DNA of 64,000 bases from Microcaecilia unicolor (Eukaryota). The position numbers and the translations under genes are program-made. The first letter of the stretch is position 1; each line of letters opens with the position of its first letter. The notes under the pieces were generated by a model. The model made no database searches, had not been told where the DNA came from, and was given only the letters and a program-made list of their open reading frames with translations. Shown here piece after piece: positions 35,805-47,337 of the stretch. The stretch is taken from assembly GCF_901765095.1 (NCBI RefSeq), contig NC_044044.1, forward strand, positions 26,696,132-26,760,131. Direction: 5' to 3'.

Positions 35805-35984
35805 CTGGCATGTGAGGGGGCTCGGAGCCCCAGCATACTGTAGAGAAGACATAGAGAAAACAGAGAAATGAAGACCCCAGGGAACTACTGCCAGCCAGGA
35901 CCCAGCCAGATCAGACGCGAATAACAATACGCTTCCTTTAACTGTTCTTTTTCCAGTGCGCTCTGGGACTTGTAGTATTAAGAA

Positions 35985-36650
35985 CATAATAGCCATACTG
36001 GGTCAGACCAATTGTCCATCAAGCCCAGTACCCTGCTTCCAAATGTGGCCAACCCAGGTCACAAGTACCTGGCAGAACCCCAAAGAGTAGCAACATTCCA
36101 GAACCTTAAAGAGTATCAAGATTCCAGAATGCCAAAGAATAGCAAGATTCCACAATCCTAAAGAGTAACAAGATTCTGGAACCCCAAATAGTAGCAACAT
36201 TCCATGCTACCAATCCCAGGGCAAGCAGTGGCTTCCCCATGTCTGTTTCAATAACAGACTATGGACTTTTCCTCCAGGAACTTGTCCAAACCTTTTTTTT
36301 AAATCCAGATACGCTAACCGCTGTTACCACATCCTCCACCAATAAGTTCCAGACCTTAACTATTCATTGAGTGAAAAAATATTTCCTCCTATTTGTTTTA
36401 AAAGTATTTCCATGTAATTTCATCGAGCATCCCCTGTTTTTTTGTACTTTTTGATAAAGTAAAAAATCGATTCACTTTTACCCGTTCTACACCACTCAGG
36501 ATTTTATGGACCTCAATCGTGTCCCCCCTCGGCAGTCTCTTTTCCAAGCTGAAGAGCCCTAACCTCTTTAGCCTTTCCTCATACGAGAGGAGTTCCATCC
36601 CCTTTATGTTCTTTAACCCTTCGCCCCCCCCCCCCCCCCCCGTCATACCA
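35985..36650 (-). mobile_element. CR1-like LINE 3' fragment
   Basis: ORF 36398-36646 encodes ...LSYEERLKRLGLFSLEKRLPRGDTIEVHKILSGVERV, plus tail and tandem units. Confidence 0.75.
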
Positions 36651-36808
36651 CTGGAAGCTTCTCAGGAGATAGGAGAAAGCCGCCATGGGTAGTACCGCCT
36701 CCTGCCGCTCCATGGCTCTCAGCGTCTCCTCCCAGGTCAAAGGGCGGGGTCGCGAAGCAAGTTCCACCTGGACATTCAGCATGGCGTACAGATCGCGCTC
36801 CCTCAGGC
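36649..36808 (-). CDS. TEP1: TEP1 exon e27 (LRERDLYAMLNVQVELASRPRPLTWEETLRAMERQEAVLPMAAFSYLLRSFQ)
   Basis: Phase 1 to 2, acceptor cgacag, donor GTATGA. Positional match to human LTVDQLHGVLSVWRTL...FACLVQSLRSLL. Confidence 0.8.
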
Positions 36809-36913
36809 CTGTCGCAAAGAGAAAAAGCAAAGGGACGTCAGTGACTTGAGGGAAACCGACAGATTATCGGGCAGAGGGCACAGAGACACAGAGCTTACCC
36901 CCCCCCCCCTTAC

Positions 36914-37046
36914 CAGTGCGGGAGAGAAGGAGGGCACTCAGTGCCAGCATTACGGTCTCTGCCCCGTGTTCCTGCTCCAGGCTCCCCAGTATGTGCTGCA
37001 GCAGAGGTGGAAGTGTAGCTGGGAAGCTCTGAATCCGCCCCGAGAC
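36914..37046 (-). CDS. TEP1: TEP1 exon e26 (VSGRIQSFPATLPPLLQHILGSLEQEHGAETVMLALSALLLSRT)
   Basis: Matches human VSERLRTLPATVPLLLQHILSTLEKEHGPDVLPQALTALEVTRS. Confidence 0.85.
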
Positions 37047-37300
37047 CTTAGAGAGAGGGAGAGACGGGAGGGATAGTGAAGTAAGGGAGCAGAAGTCGCA
37101 ACATAGGCCATTGACAACTATCGAAAGAGAACAGAGAGATGACAAAGTGAAGAGATTTTAAAAAAATAAACTGAAATTAACACACATGCAGGGTTAAGGC
37201 TCTCACTTGACACCTGCTTATCTAGAACCGACGCGTGGCAGCGGTGGGATCTCTCTGTCCCCACAGATGGAAGCCTGCCCAAGGCGGCAGTGGAATTTAC

Positions 37301-37393
37301 CTTTTCATACACAGCAAACGCTCGGAGGTCCTCACTGGCTAGCTTCAGGTAGAGGGGCTTCTGGGAGCCTTTCTTAATCAGCAGCAAACGCAT
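37301..37393 (-). CDS. TEP1: TEP1 exon e25 (MRLLLIKKGSQKPLYLKLASEDLRAFAVYEK)
   Basis: Matches human MRLLLVKRESGRPLYLRLVTDHLRLFTLYEQ. Acceptor ctttaag, donor GTAAAT. Confidence 0.9.
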
Positions 37394-37867
37394 CTTAAAG
37401 AAGAAAGAACGGCATGAGAGAAAAGCGAGAGAGACAAAGGTAGAAAAGCAGGGAGAGGGAGAGAGACAGACACATCCAAGTATATTTAAACTTACTAAGC
37501 CTGCTAATCCTATACAACTCACAATTTCCACAAACGCAAGAAAAGATAATAGAGTGTGTACGTAGACAAACGGAGAGTGAGGGAAGGGACGAGGAATGCC
37601 ATGTGTTCGTGAGAAAGAAAGGGAAGGAAGAAACGATTGGGATGCTCTTAGTTATTAAGGAATGATAACAGAGAATCTAACAGAATGCATCTTGGAACAG
37701 TTCGGACTTAAAAGTTGGTAAGGAAGTCTGATGCCGCAGGGAAGTGGGTAGAAGGTTCCGGAGATGCGGTCCTTGAACCGAGAAGACTGAAGCACGGAGT
37801 ATGTTCGTGAAAAAGTTTGCTTATAAGTCGGTACAATACACATCCACCACCGGCTCCCTACTAATAC

Positions 37868-38047
37868 CTGGTTATTGAACGCAGACTCTTCCAGCTTTTT
37901 CCCATAGATGGCCAGTGCTTGCCGTACGATCTCCGCCCTGTCCGAGGGTTCCAGGGGCCCCAGCAGGAGGGTGCTGACATCGCGGCGCCTTGTGAGGGAA
38001 CACTGCAGCGAGGAACCCTCATCCAGGCTCAGCACCAGCTGCACTCG
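37868..38047 (-). CDS. TEP1: TEP1 exon e24 (RVQLVLSLDEGSSLQCSLTRRRDVSTLLLGPLEPSDRAEIVRQALAIYGKKLEESAFNNQ)
   Basis: Matches human CVHLVLSVSSDAGLGETLEQSQGAHVLALGPLEASARARLVREELALYGKRLEESPFNNQ. Confidence 0.9.
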
Positions 38048-38339
38048 CTACACAGAAGAACAGACAGCAGTAGGATGTCAAAACCACGAACAGGCAGCAG
38101 AGCAGACCACAGACCCACTGGCTCCCAGTGTACAAGTCCCTGGGACATTCACTTGAGTTCTGATCCCCCCCACTTTTCCAACCTCTAACTGAATAAGAAC
38201 ATTATTCCAGTCTTGTTACTAGAATGTTCCCCGTGCCCCATCAAGCACCATTCATTGTTGGTCTGAGGGCCGTCCCTGGAAAAGAGGAATGGGAAACAGA
38301 AGCCCAACCAGTGAAGTTGAATGGGTTTTCTGCACCTAC

Positions 38340-38493
38340 CTGTGGTAGAAATTCTGGGATCCAATCAGAATTGGGCTCTCCGTTCTCACCGCACAAGCGA
38401 TCGGCTCCATCCACGAGCAACGTCAGAGTCTGGCGCCCCCGTAGGGACTGAGAGACCAGCCGCAGCAAGGATTCAAATTCATGTACTAAACCC
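38340..38493 (-). CDS. TEP1: TEP1 exon e23, NACHT Walker-B-like motif (GLVHEFESLLRLVSQSLRGRQTLTLLVDGADRLCGENGEPNSDWIPEFLPQ)
   Basis: Matches human SLVWELQQRLLPKSAESLHPGQTQVLIIDGADRLVDQNGQLISDWIPKKLPR. Confidence 0.9.
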
Positions 38494-38583
38494 CTATGGA
38501 TGAGAGGGAGGGAGGAGCGTTAATACTGCAGGGACCAGGGGGTTGAAGAGGCAGAGGGGAAATCGGGAGCCGTTGTCCCTCAC

Positions 38584-38780
38584 CTGTACGTCCTGGAGAC
38601 TTCTCCCTCTCTCTTGAGGTGCTTGCTGAGCAGGCCGCAGATTCTTGTCAGCATCAGAACGACATTGCTGGCATCTGGTTGAGCATCAACGAAGTGGAAA
38701 ATGACATTGCATGAAGGGGCAGGGTCCTGAGGACTTTTCCCGGCCTGGTCCACACATCTCAGCTTGTGCGCCAGAGCAGC
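38584..38780 (-). CDS. TEP1: TEP1 exon e22 (AALAHKLRCVDQAGKSPQDP...VIFHFVDAQPDASNVVLMLTRICGLLSKHLKREGEVSRTY)
   Basis: Matches human ASLVSALQAPDGAKVAPLVFFHFSGARPDQGLALTLLRRLCTYLRGQL...STYR. Confidence 0.8.
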
Positions 38781-39123
38781 CTATGAAAGGTGGAAGGTTA
38801 CACGGACGTACAATCAGAGGAGGGGAACAAGTGCTGTAAACATGGAAGCAAAACTAGGGCTGACCAAAACACTAAACCAAGTGGTTGCCTAAGATGGCAG
38901 CTGAAATCAAACCAAGACCTGCCAGCCGCCTGCAAAACAAAAGCTTAATATTTGAACGTATGATGCCCAATTAGGAGTTTTTATGGAATTACCGGAGGAG
39001 GGTCACGACTGTAGACCTCAATTATCAACATTGCGAGGTGGTGAGGGAGCCAATGGGACTTGAAAGTTTGGGTTCCCTGGAGTGGAAGACACAGGACCTA
39101 GTCCTACTGGCATCTTAACTCAC

Positions 39124-39312
39124 CATGAAGACTGTTTTTCCCTCGCTGGGGCCTCCACTCACGAGGAACATTCTCCCTTCTTGGGCCTTTCCTGGCCGCC
39201 TCTCCCCATCATCCAAGCTGAGAAGCTGTTTCTTCCTGGCGCAGAACTGGCGCTGCTGGTACTCCTGGTAGGCCTCTTGTATTGTGTCTTCCTCCTCTTC
39301 CTCAGGCTGCTC
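39124..39312 (-). CDS. TEP1: TEP1 exon e21, NACHT P-loop (EQPEEEEEDTIQEAYQEYQQRQFCARKKQLLSLDDGERRPGKAQEGRMFLVSGGPSEGKTVFM)
   Basis: Walker A GGPSEGKT corresponds to human TGQSGQGKT, with an upstream EQP like human. Acceptor ccctag, donor GTGAGT. Confidence 0.85.
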
Positions 39313-39639
39313 CTAGGGAAGGGGAAGGGGCAATGGATAAGGAGGTACTGTGTAATCTTATACCTCTCCCCCCCCCCCTCCAAATATGCAGCACTATTTA
39401 ACCAACCAGGAATGGCTCCCGGCCTGGTTAAATAAAATTTAGCTGGCGATAGCTGGTTATCTCCACCGAATACTCAACATAGACGGTCCTGAAGGCACCC
39501 TAGCCAGTCAGGTTTTCAGGATATCCACAATGAATATTCATAATACAAATTTCAGGGGTAAATCTGCAATAATTAGCCCAATCGTATTTAAATATCCATA
39601 TTTAGTGACTAATATACTATTCTTTACCTTTTTATTTTA

Positions 39640-40205
39640 CCAACTAGCCGTTGAGCCCGTAAAAACGGGCTGGTATTGGGATCTTCCTTCCTTCTCCTTC
39701 CTTCCTCCCCCCCCCCCCCCCCCCGAAGTCACCGCCGCCGCCATCCCTCCACCCGGCCCGGGCCCTCTCTCTCTCCGCTACTAAACTTACACATCCATTC
39801 GCCGGAACGCAGCACGCACATCAGCTGAGCTGCCGTCGGCCCTTCCTTCTCTGCCTGTGTCCCGCCCTCCTGTGACGTAACGTCAGCGAGGGCGGGACAC
39901 AGGCAGGGAAGGAAGGCCGACGGCAGCTCAGCTGATGTGCGTGCTGCGTTCCGGCGAATGGATGTGTAAGTTTAGTAGCGGAGAGAGGGCCCGGGCGGGG
40001 TGTGGGTGTGTGGGGGGGGGGGGGTAACTGTAGCGGCAACCTCGGGTGGGTGGGTGGGGGGGGAGCGGTATCAACCTCGGCGGCGCAGTTTCCCTCTCTG
40101 TCCCGCCCTCGTCATCACATATTGACGCGGGGGCGGGACAGAGAGGGAAGTCTCTACTGCGCATTTGCGAGTGAGTCGGTCACTCGCCGTTTATATGTTT
40201 GATAG
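39640..40205. repeat. Foldback repeat, second copy of the 12000-12560 family
   Basis: Shared termini (aactagccgttgagcccgtaaaaacgggctggtat ... cactcgccgtttatatgtttgatag) and central palindrome tgtgacgtaacgtcagcgagggcggg. Confidence 0.75.
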
Positions 40206-41552
40206 TGAAAATCACATATACTTTATTCAATTATTCAATTTACATTTTTTTCTCTATCGTTTTAACATACTCATGCAAAAAAATACAAAAAAAATTTTCC
40301 CCCCAAAAAAAATATAAATACATAAAAAAACAAATTCAAAATCAAATGATGTCCAACATTTTCCTCTGTCCCGTTTTAGATACCATGTAAAAGTCTCAAT
40401 CACAAATACGTTTGTTAGTTGTAGTCCAAACTTTTCTGTATCCCACATGAAATGTTCAACGGTTAACAGTTGTAATAATTGTTCATTCCAAACTCCGTAT
40501 ATGCAGAAACCATAAAGTGTATACTTAAAGATTTCACTTAGTAGCTGATCATTTTTTCCAAACGTGGGGACGGTGCGTGCAGATCTCTCTTATGAATATT
40601 CATTGTGGATATCCTGAAAACCTGACTAGTTGGGGAGCCTCCAGGACCAGGTTTGGGAACCACCGGTTTAGCGGTTAACCACTAAGAACTTAATTGATTA
40701 GCACTGAATATCGGCTTAACCGGCGACCAAAAACAAACCCGGAAATTCAGTGCCGATTGCTGGATACGGAACAGCCTTCAATTTCCAGGTTCAGTACTGG
40801 CAGCAGGCTTTGGCTACGCTGCCGGCTGAATAATCAGCCCCATAGAACCTCCCTGCACCTAGAGCTTGGGAGTGGGGCGGGGGGGGGAGATATAACACAT
40901 TGCATCAAGGTTTACAAATGGTTTATTCGGATGAGAGTTCAAATCCCACACCCACAGATCTCGACTAATCTCTTGGATTTCAGCACCAAGGAGGCCGACT
41001 GAGGGACATTAAGAAAAATGGCATTAACTTGTACAGCCCTGTGCACACCGATGGCACCAAGTGGAATGTGGCAAGCTGTATCCCCCCTGATAAAAACCCT
41101 GCTGTTCCCATCCCACCTCCCAAACAAAGGCTTTCATAAAAGAACTTCAGTTTTGGGTGTCCGAGGAGCAGCAGCGAAGGGGCACATTTAACCTTATGTA
41201 TTCCCCCCCCCCCCCCAAAAAAAAAAAAATAAAAAAAACACACATTTTTAAATAACCTCCAGCAGCACCTAGTGGCAAAGGCTAGTACTGCAGACCCATG
41301 AATCCTTTGAATTTCAAAAAACCACAACAATGCAGCAGTGCGCAGCTAAGGGGGGGGCGCGGCCAGGGGAGTGGTCGCTCCCCCAAACAGAGTTCTGCCG
41401 GCGCCTATTTTTTTCTCAACGTGTTGCATTGAAAATGTGTTCCGGTGGAAGTCCGCTTTCGCACCGCTTCCGTTCCTCCCGCGCCGTCAACCTGGCTCCG
41501 CTTCTGCCATGCAGAAAAACAGAGTAGAGAAAAGAGATCTGAAAGAACTCAC

Positions 41553-41670
41553 CTTAATAAAGTTCTTCTCGATGGCTCCCCAGATGTCCTCATGCACCAT
41601 GGTACCAAATTCATCCAGTCCTTTGACAAAGGCTTTCCCATCAGCAACGCCTCCCCACTGACAAGAGTAC
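41553..41670 (-). CDS. TEP1: TEP1 exon e20 (YSCQWGGVADGKAFVKGLDEFGTMVHEDIWGAIEKNFIK)
   Basis: Matches human [39 protein letters not shown]. Confidence 0.85.
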
Positions 41671-41842
41671 CTAGGAAACAGCCACACAGCTCCTTATCTA
41701 AGCCAGATCTGGGAGAGAAGCCCGTTTCCCTCCCATTCCCCAGTCTCACAAAATGTCCCACAGGTACTCGGAGGTCCCAGACGAGCTCCCCTTTTCTTGG
41801 TCCTACTGGAGCCCTAGGAGAGCTCATACTGGTAAGCCTTAC

Positions 41843-41956
41843 CTCCTGCAGGTGGCCTCCGTTAGCTCAGCCACCCGGCTCTTCAGCTCCGTCATTTTGC
41901 TCTCTGAATCCGGCGATTCTGCAACAAAATCCCGCCGCCAGCGGTCCGACAAAGAT
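41843..41956 (-). CDS. TEP1: TEP1 exon e19 (SLSDRWRRDFVAESPDSESKMTELKSRVAELTEATCR)
   Basis: Matches human [38 protein letters not shown]. Donor GTAAGG. Confidence 0.8.
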
Positions 41957-41984
41957 CTGCATAGGACATTGGAAAATTACCACA

Positions 41985-43115
41985 GTGTAAACGTGGTTAG
42001 CTTAATGGGGTTTAAAAAAGGCCTAAAGGAAAAGTCCATAGACCATTATTAAATTGACTTGGGGAAAATCCACTGCTCATTTCTGGGATAAGCAACATAA
42101 AATATATTGAACTTTTTTTGGGATCTTGCCAGGTATTTGTGACCTGAATTGGCCACTGTTGGAAACAGGATGCTGGGCTTGATGGACCTTCTGTCTGTCC
42201 CAGTATGGCAACACTTATGTACTTGGGATTCTGAATGGAATCTTGCTACTCTTTGGGGTTCTACATGGAATGTTGCTACTCTTTGAAATTTTGCATGTAA
42301 TCTTGTTATTCTTTAGAATTCTAGAGCCTTGCAACTCTTTGGGGTTCTGCCAGGTACTTGTGACCTGGATTGGCCACTGTTGGAAACAGGATGCTGGGCT
42401 TGATGGACCTTCGGTCTGTCCCAGTATGGCAACACTTATGTACTTGGGATTCTGAATGGAATCTTTCTACTCTTTGGTGTTCTACATGGAATGTTGCTAC
42501 ACTTTGAAATTCTGCATGGAATCTTGTTGTTCTTTAGAATTCTAGAATCTTGCTATTCTTTGGGTTTCTGCCAGGTACTTGTGACCTGGATTGGCCACTG
42601 TTGGAAACAGGATGCTGGGCTTGATGGACCTTCTGTCTGTCCCAGTATGGCAACACTTATGTACTTGGCATTCTGAATGGAATCTTGCTATTCTTTGGGG
42701 TTCTACACGGAATGTTGCTACACTTTGAAATTCTGCATGGAATCTTGTTCTTTAGAATTCTAGAACCTTGCTACTCTGGGGTTCTACATGGAATGTTGCT
42801 ACTCTTTGGATTTCTGCCAGGTACTTGTGAGCTGGATTGGCCACTGTTGGAAACAGGATGCTGGGCTTGATGGACCTTCGGTCTGTCCCAGTATGGCAAC
42901 ACTTATGTACTTGGGATTCTAAACGGAATCTTGCTACTCTTTGAGGTTCTACATGGAATGTTGCTACACTTTGAAATTCTGCATGGAATCTTGTTCTTTA
43001 GAATTCTAGAACCTTGCTACTCTTTGGGGTTCTGCCAGGTACTTGTGACCTGGATTGGCCACTGTTGGAAACAGGATGCTGGGCTTGATGGACCTTTAGT
43101 CTGTCCTAGTGTGGC
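41985..43115 (+). mobile_element. CR1-like LINE 3' end with tail re-duplicated about four times (expanded tandem tail of about 900 bp)
   Basis: Tail motif recurs at about 42120, 42360, 42600, 42830 and 43040, interleaved with about 30-bp repeats. Confidence 0.75.
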
Positions 43116-43313
43116 AATATTTATGTACTTATGTCGCTTTCATGCACATAGCGAAATACTGCAGCTTCTCTTCAGCAGCATAACGTGCTGTACTCACTAC
43201 TTTGCTCTTTGCATCTCAATTCTAATTCCCGGCTCCGTTACTAACTCTCAAGGTGCGACCTTTTTGAGAGAGAAATCACTGTACTGCCTCTGCCAGAATT
43301 CTAATCCCCATAC

Positions 43314-43435
43314 CCGATGAATGCAGGGTCTCTGAGGTAGAAGAAGGCTCGGGGAGGATCGATACTGCTGTCCTGTTTCTGGAACTGCACAATTTCCAGT
43401 TCGGTGACTGAGCGTCCCTTGGGGTAAGTACTCAG
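43314..43435 (-). CDS. TEP1: TEP1 exon e18 (LSTYPKGRSVTELEIVQFQKQDSSIDPPRAFFYLRDPAFI)
   Basis: Matches human [41 protein letters not shown]. Confidence 0.9.
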
Positions 43436-43677
43436 CTGCAGAGAAGGGAGCAAAATGCAGAGAGATTTTTCACCTTCACCCACAGTCTGGGTTCTTCACA
43501 CAGTAAGAAAGAAACAAAGACATACGAAGCTGGAGAGACGTAGACCCAAAAAATCCCAGAGACACCGACAAAAACTGAGAGGGAGATATAAACACAGAAC
43601 ACCGGGAAAGTGAGAGACAGATTTAATCCATAGTGCGATCTCTCCTTCCCCCATAACCCCAAGTCTCTCTCACTCAC

Positions 43678-43798
43678 CCATCTGTGTTCCGCCACATCTG
43701 GTACACTGTACTCATCTGGGATATACCCATAACGCTCTCCTAGAATCCCCAAAAACAGCTGGCAGCGAGATACCTCCGATAGGCAGAGAGACAACTGC
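43678..43798 (-). CDS. TEP1: TEP1 exon e17 (QLSLCLSEVSRCQLFLGILGERYGYIPDEYSVPDVAEHRW)
   Basis: Matches human [40 protein letters not shown]. Donor GTGAGT. Confidence 0.9.
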
Positions 43799-43913
43799 CT
43801 GTAACAGGAGAGTCAGAAGGACGAACAGATCAAGCCTGAGTCTCTCTCCCAGCAGGAACAGAAGCAGCTGTTTCTAACAGAAGCGTACAAGAGGGACGGT
43901 CTCCAGCATTTAC

Positions 43914-44090
43914 CTGTTACCTCGCGTGTCCTCCTCGGTCACTCCCCAGCGCAGATCAATCTCCTCCAAGGACAGGAAGTGCTGGGCAGCCCGGGCCCTC
44001 AGCGCAGGGAAGACGTAGCGGATCAGAATGTCTCGCTCCCCGTGCATGTCTCGGAAGGTAGACGAGATGAAGATGCGGACGCTTCGCCAC
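43914..44090 (-). CDS. TEP1: TEP1 exon e16, DUF4062 ([58 protein letters not shown])
   Basis: Near-identical to human [58 protein letters not shown]. Confidence 0.9.
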
Positions 44091-45174
44091 CTACAAAGTG
44101 AGGTGCATGTGGGAAAAAAAAAAAAAAAAGAAAAGTCCACCTTCTGGGGATCAGAGCACTGCCCAAGTGGGTGAGTTTTTTGTGTCTCTGGGAAATGGCT
44201 CCCTCCGTAGAACAGGGAGTGCATCGAAGGTTCTGTTTGCTTATTTAACTTTAATTTTATTAATTAGTTAATTATGGGGAAGGGGGGGGGGGGGTCAATA
44301 TTCAGCCGTCGGCAGCGAGCGTTTTGCTCACCGCCGATGGCATTATTCCCGGATACTCAAAGCTGGGACCTGTGTGGGGTTTAGCTTTGAAGATCTGCTT
44401 TTTTTTTTTTAAGAACTCTCTTGTTTATTAGCACCAGTGCAAATGTACAGATTGCAGCTACAACGTCCAAAATACAGCAAAGAGACTTGTTCAAGTGTCC
44501 AAATTGTACTCCCACCCCCCCCCCCCCTTTCCCATTCCCTCAACAGTTCAAGATCCTAATTTGTGTGACTGGAGTGAGAGAGTCCCAAAAGGGAGACCAT
44601 GTCTTACAAAACTTACCGCCTCTCTTGGAGGGCCAAGTCTGTGACTCCCCTTTTCTCTAAAGAGCAGAACTGAATCATAGACGATCTCCAATGTGACACA
44701 TTTGGGGGTTCCGGATTCAACCACAGCTCTAAAAAATCACCCTCGAGACAGTTTTCTCTATAGGAAAGCTTTGAGACCCGAGGGCGCCGAGCCCTGAATC
44801 TTAAAATTATCAAACAATTGTCCAGGGCTGGGTTGCCAAATGATATGATCTGGTTATTTTTAAACCGGTTAAGAAATAGTCGCTTCAGCCGATATTCATC
44901 ACTGAAGGGGCCATGGGTTTACTGCATAAAAATAGGACAGACTTTATGCATCTCATTTATGCACTAAATCTGGCTGCTTAAGGGCTGAATCTCAGTCAGC
45001 CAAGTGCTGCACGGGAACAGGGGATCCCCTCCACGTCCGCGGAGATGGGAACCAGGTCCTGCAGGGTTCCTGCGGCAATGTAGTGCCAGGTCACCCTACC
45101 TACCCTTTTTCCTTGTGCCATATCGATTACAACAGCGTTAACACGGGATAAACATAAAGGAATCCTGTTCAGAA

Positions 45175-45430
45175 GGAAGGGATCCTCAGAAGCTTAGCGG
45201 AGATTGGGTGGCAGAGCCGATTGGTGGGGGGCGGGGCTGGTGTTTGGGAGGCGGGGCTAGTGCTGGGCAGTCTTCTACGGTCTGTGCCCTGAAAATGGCA
45301 GATACTTTTTGTGTATACCTGACCTTGATTTGTAACACATATAAGTTATCTTGTTGGGCAGACTGGATGGACCGTACAGGTCTTTCTCTGCCATCATCTA
45401 CTATGTTACTATGTTTAAAAAAATTAATGG
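45175..45430 (+). repeat. Unclassified interspersed repeat (…aagcttagcggagattgggtggcag…gggcagtcttctacggtctgtgccctgaaaatggcagata…gggcagactggatggaccgtacaggtctttctctgccatcatctactatgttactatg)
   Basis: Copies or fragments also at about 11465-11760 (reverse), 54165-54375, 55985-56320 and 56760-56830. Confidence 0.6.
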
Positions 45431-46950
45431 ATATGGTTGATAGCACTGAAATCACCTTAAGCACTGACGGGAGAAGTTATCAACATGGACTACTGTTAAA
45501 TTGAGTTATTTTAACACAGGAGACGGGCAGGGATGGAGGGATAGGCACCCGGTATAAGAGGCTTGGAGAGGCTAAGCCTCCCCCCCCTGCTGCAGCAGAA
45601 TGGATCAGCTGTGGAGTCCAGCTGCTCTGAGGGGATTAAATTGTTGATTTACCTCCATCCTCACAGCAGGAGCTGCAGTGAAAGCCCTCTAGCAGTTGTA
45701 GAAATTGGTTTATGGTTTGTTTACCTTACTGCTGGGAAAGCAGGGGGGGTTGGCTGGAGGTGTCCTGGGTTGCCAGGGAGATATTTAAGGAGGATGACTT
45801 CCTGACCTGCACTAAGGACAGATAGCAGCAGAACGGATACTGGGCCAGCATGATCAGAAAAAGTCACCAGACAACAAAGGTAGAAAAGATCATTTTATTT
45901 TCATTATAGTGTTTGGAATATGTCCACTTTGAGAATCAGGTGCTCAACATTAAAAGTTTATATTTATTTACTTATTTATGTTTTGTGGCTCTACATGAGA
46001 ATTGTGATGATATGATCCCTTGTTTCATATTGTTGACAGTCTGCAGTTTCCGTATGGGTGGTATATTGGTGTATTAGGTTCTGCTCAGTGTAATATTTAT
46101 GGTACAGTAAGGTTCTGAGTGTGTTTTTGCACAAAGTTGTGCATAGTGTTTTGCAGTTGAGCGATTGTGCTTAGTATATGCTTTGAGCAACCACTTTATT
46201 CTTTGACATATGATACATATCTAATATCTAAATTTAATAAAAGGTATTGTGACTTTTTATTTTTTCTGCATGTTATCAGACAATTATGGATTTAAGCTCC
46301 ACCCTTAACCCCGCCCCCTTTAGCCTCCCCAAACAGGGGCCACCGACTGCCTATGGATGGAGGGGATTCCAGCGGGGATGGGTGGAAACGGGTGAAATTT
46401 CTGTCTCTGTGCACCTCTCTAGTGCTGGTTCTGCCCCCCCCCCCCAACCTGGCAACACCCCCAAGATAGATGGCTTTGCGTTCAGCGGTAACCGCAATAT
46501 TCAGTGGCACTCAGAAAAGTTAAGTGCTGCTGAATATTAGCAGCTACCTCCAATCAAGCGATTTAACCAGTCGGCAGCCTGCTAAAATTGCTTTGAATAA
46601 ATCGGGCCCTATATTTATTTTAAAAGTGCTTACAGACCCGTCTCACACTGTTCTGAGCATGGAAACAACAAAAACACACAATTTTTTTAAAAAAGCATAA
46701 AAGCAGGTATGTACATTAAAAAAAAAAAAACATTAAATACATTAAACTGTTAAAAACAACAAAATCATTAAAAATCTAAAAGCCCGATCGGTAAGGAGAA
46801 GATGGAGGGGTGTTGGGAGCATTGAGAAAAATAATTTGTGGATCTACGGTCATTTTGATGTTACGGCTGACGGAGCACTGAAGTTGTCCGTGTGGATTTG
46901 AAATTAAAAAAAAAAAAAAAACATAGACACACCTTAACTGCAGACCTCAC

Positions 46951-47100
46951 CTGAGTTTTGGGACAAAGGCCCCAGGGTGCGAGAGGCTGTCCACAGTTCT
47001 GGCTTTCCTCAGGGCTCCCTCATCCTTGGGGATCCGATAAAGTTCATCAATCTTCTCCACGTGCTGAAGAAGCCGGGCCCCTCCCCGCTCTGCAATGAAC
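46951..47100 (-). CDS. TEP1: TEP1 exon e15 (KFIAERGGARLLQHVEKIDELYRIPKDEGALRKARTVDSLSHPGAFVPKL)
   Basis: Matches human KFIAEHGASHLLEHVGQMDKIFKIPPPPGKTGVQSLRPLEE. Confidence 0.8.
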
Positions 47101-47215
47101 CTGTGGGGGGGGGGGGGGGGGGGGGGGAGAAAAAGGAAGGTCGAATCACAGGCACCCCCGGCGACGTACCGTTACAACGTGTAGGGCAGAGACACGGGGG
47201 GAGTTTCACACTCAC

Positions 47216-47287
47216 TTCAAGACCTGCTCGTTAAATCCACACAGTGTCACATCATTCTTGTGCTGGGAGAGCACCAGAACAATATCC
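47216..47287 (-). CDS. TEP1: TEP1 exon e14 (DIVLVLSQHKNDVTLCGFNEQVL)
   Basis: Matches human LNPNDVTLSGCTDAIL. Donor GTGAGT. Confidence 0.8.
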
Positions 47288-47337
47288 CTAAAGAAGAAAA
47301 AGTGTAGTCAGTGAGATGGTAAAAAAAACAGCAGGCG

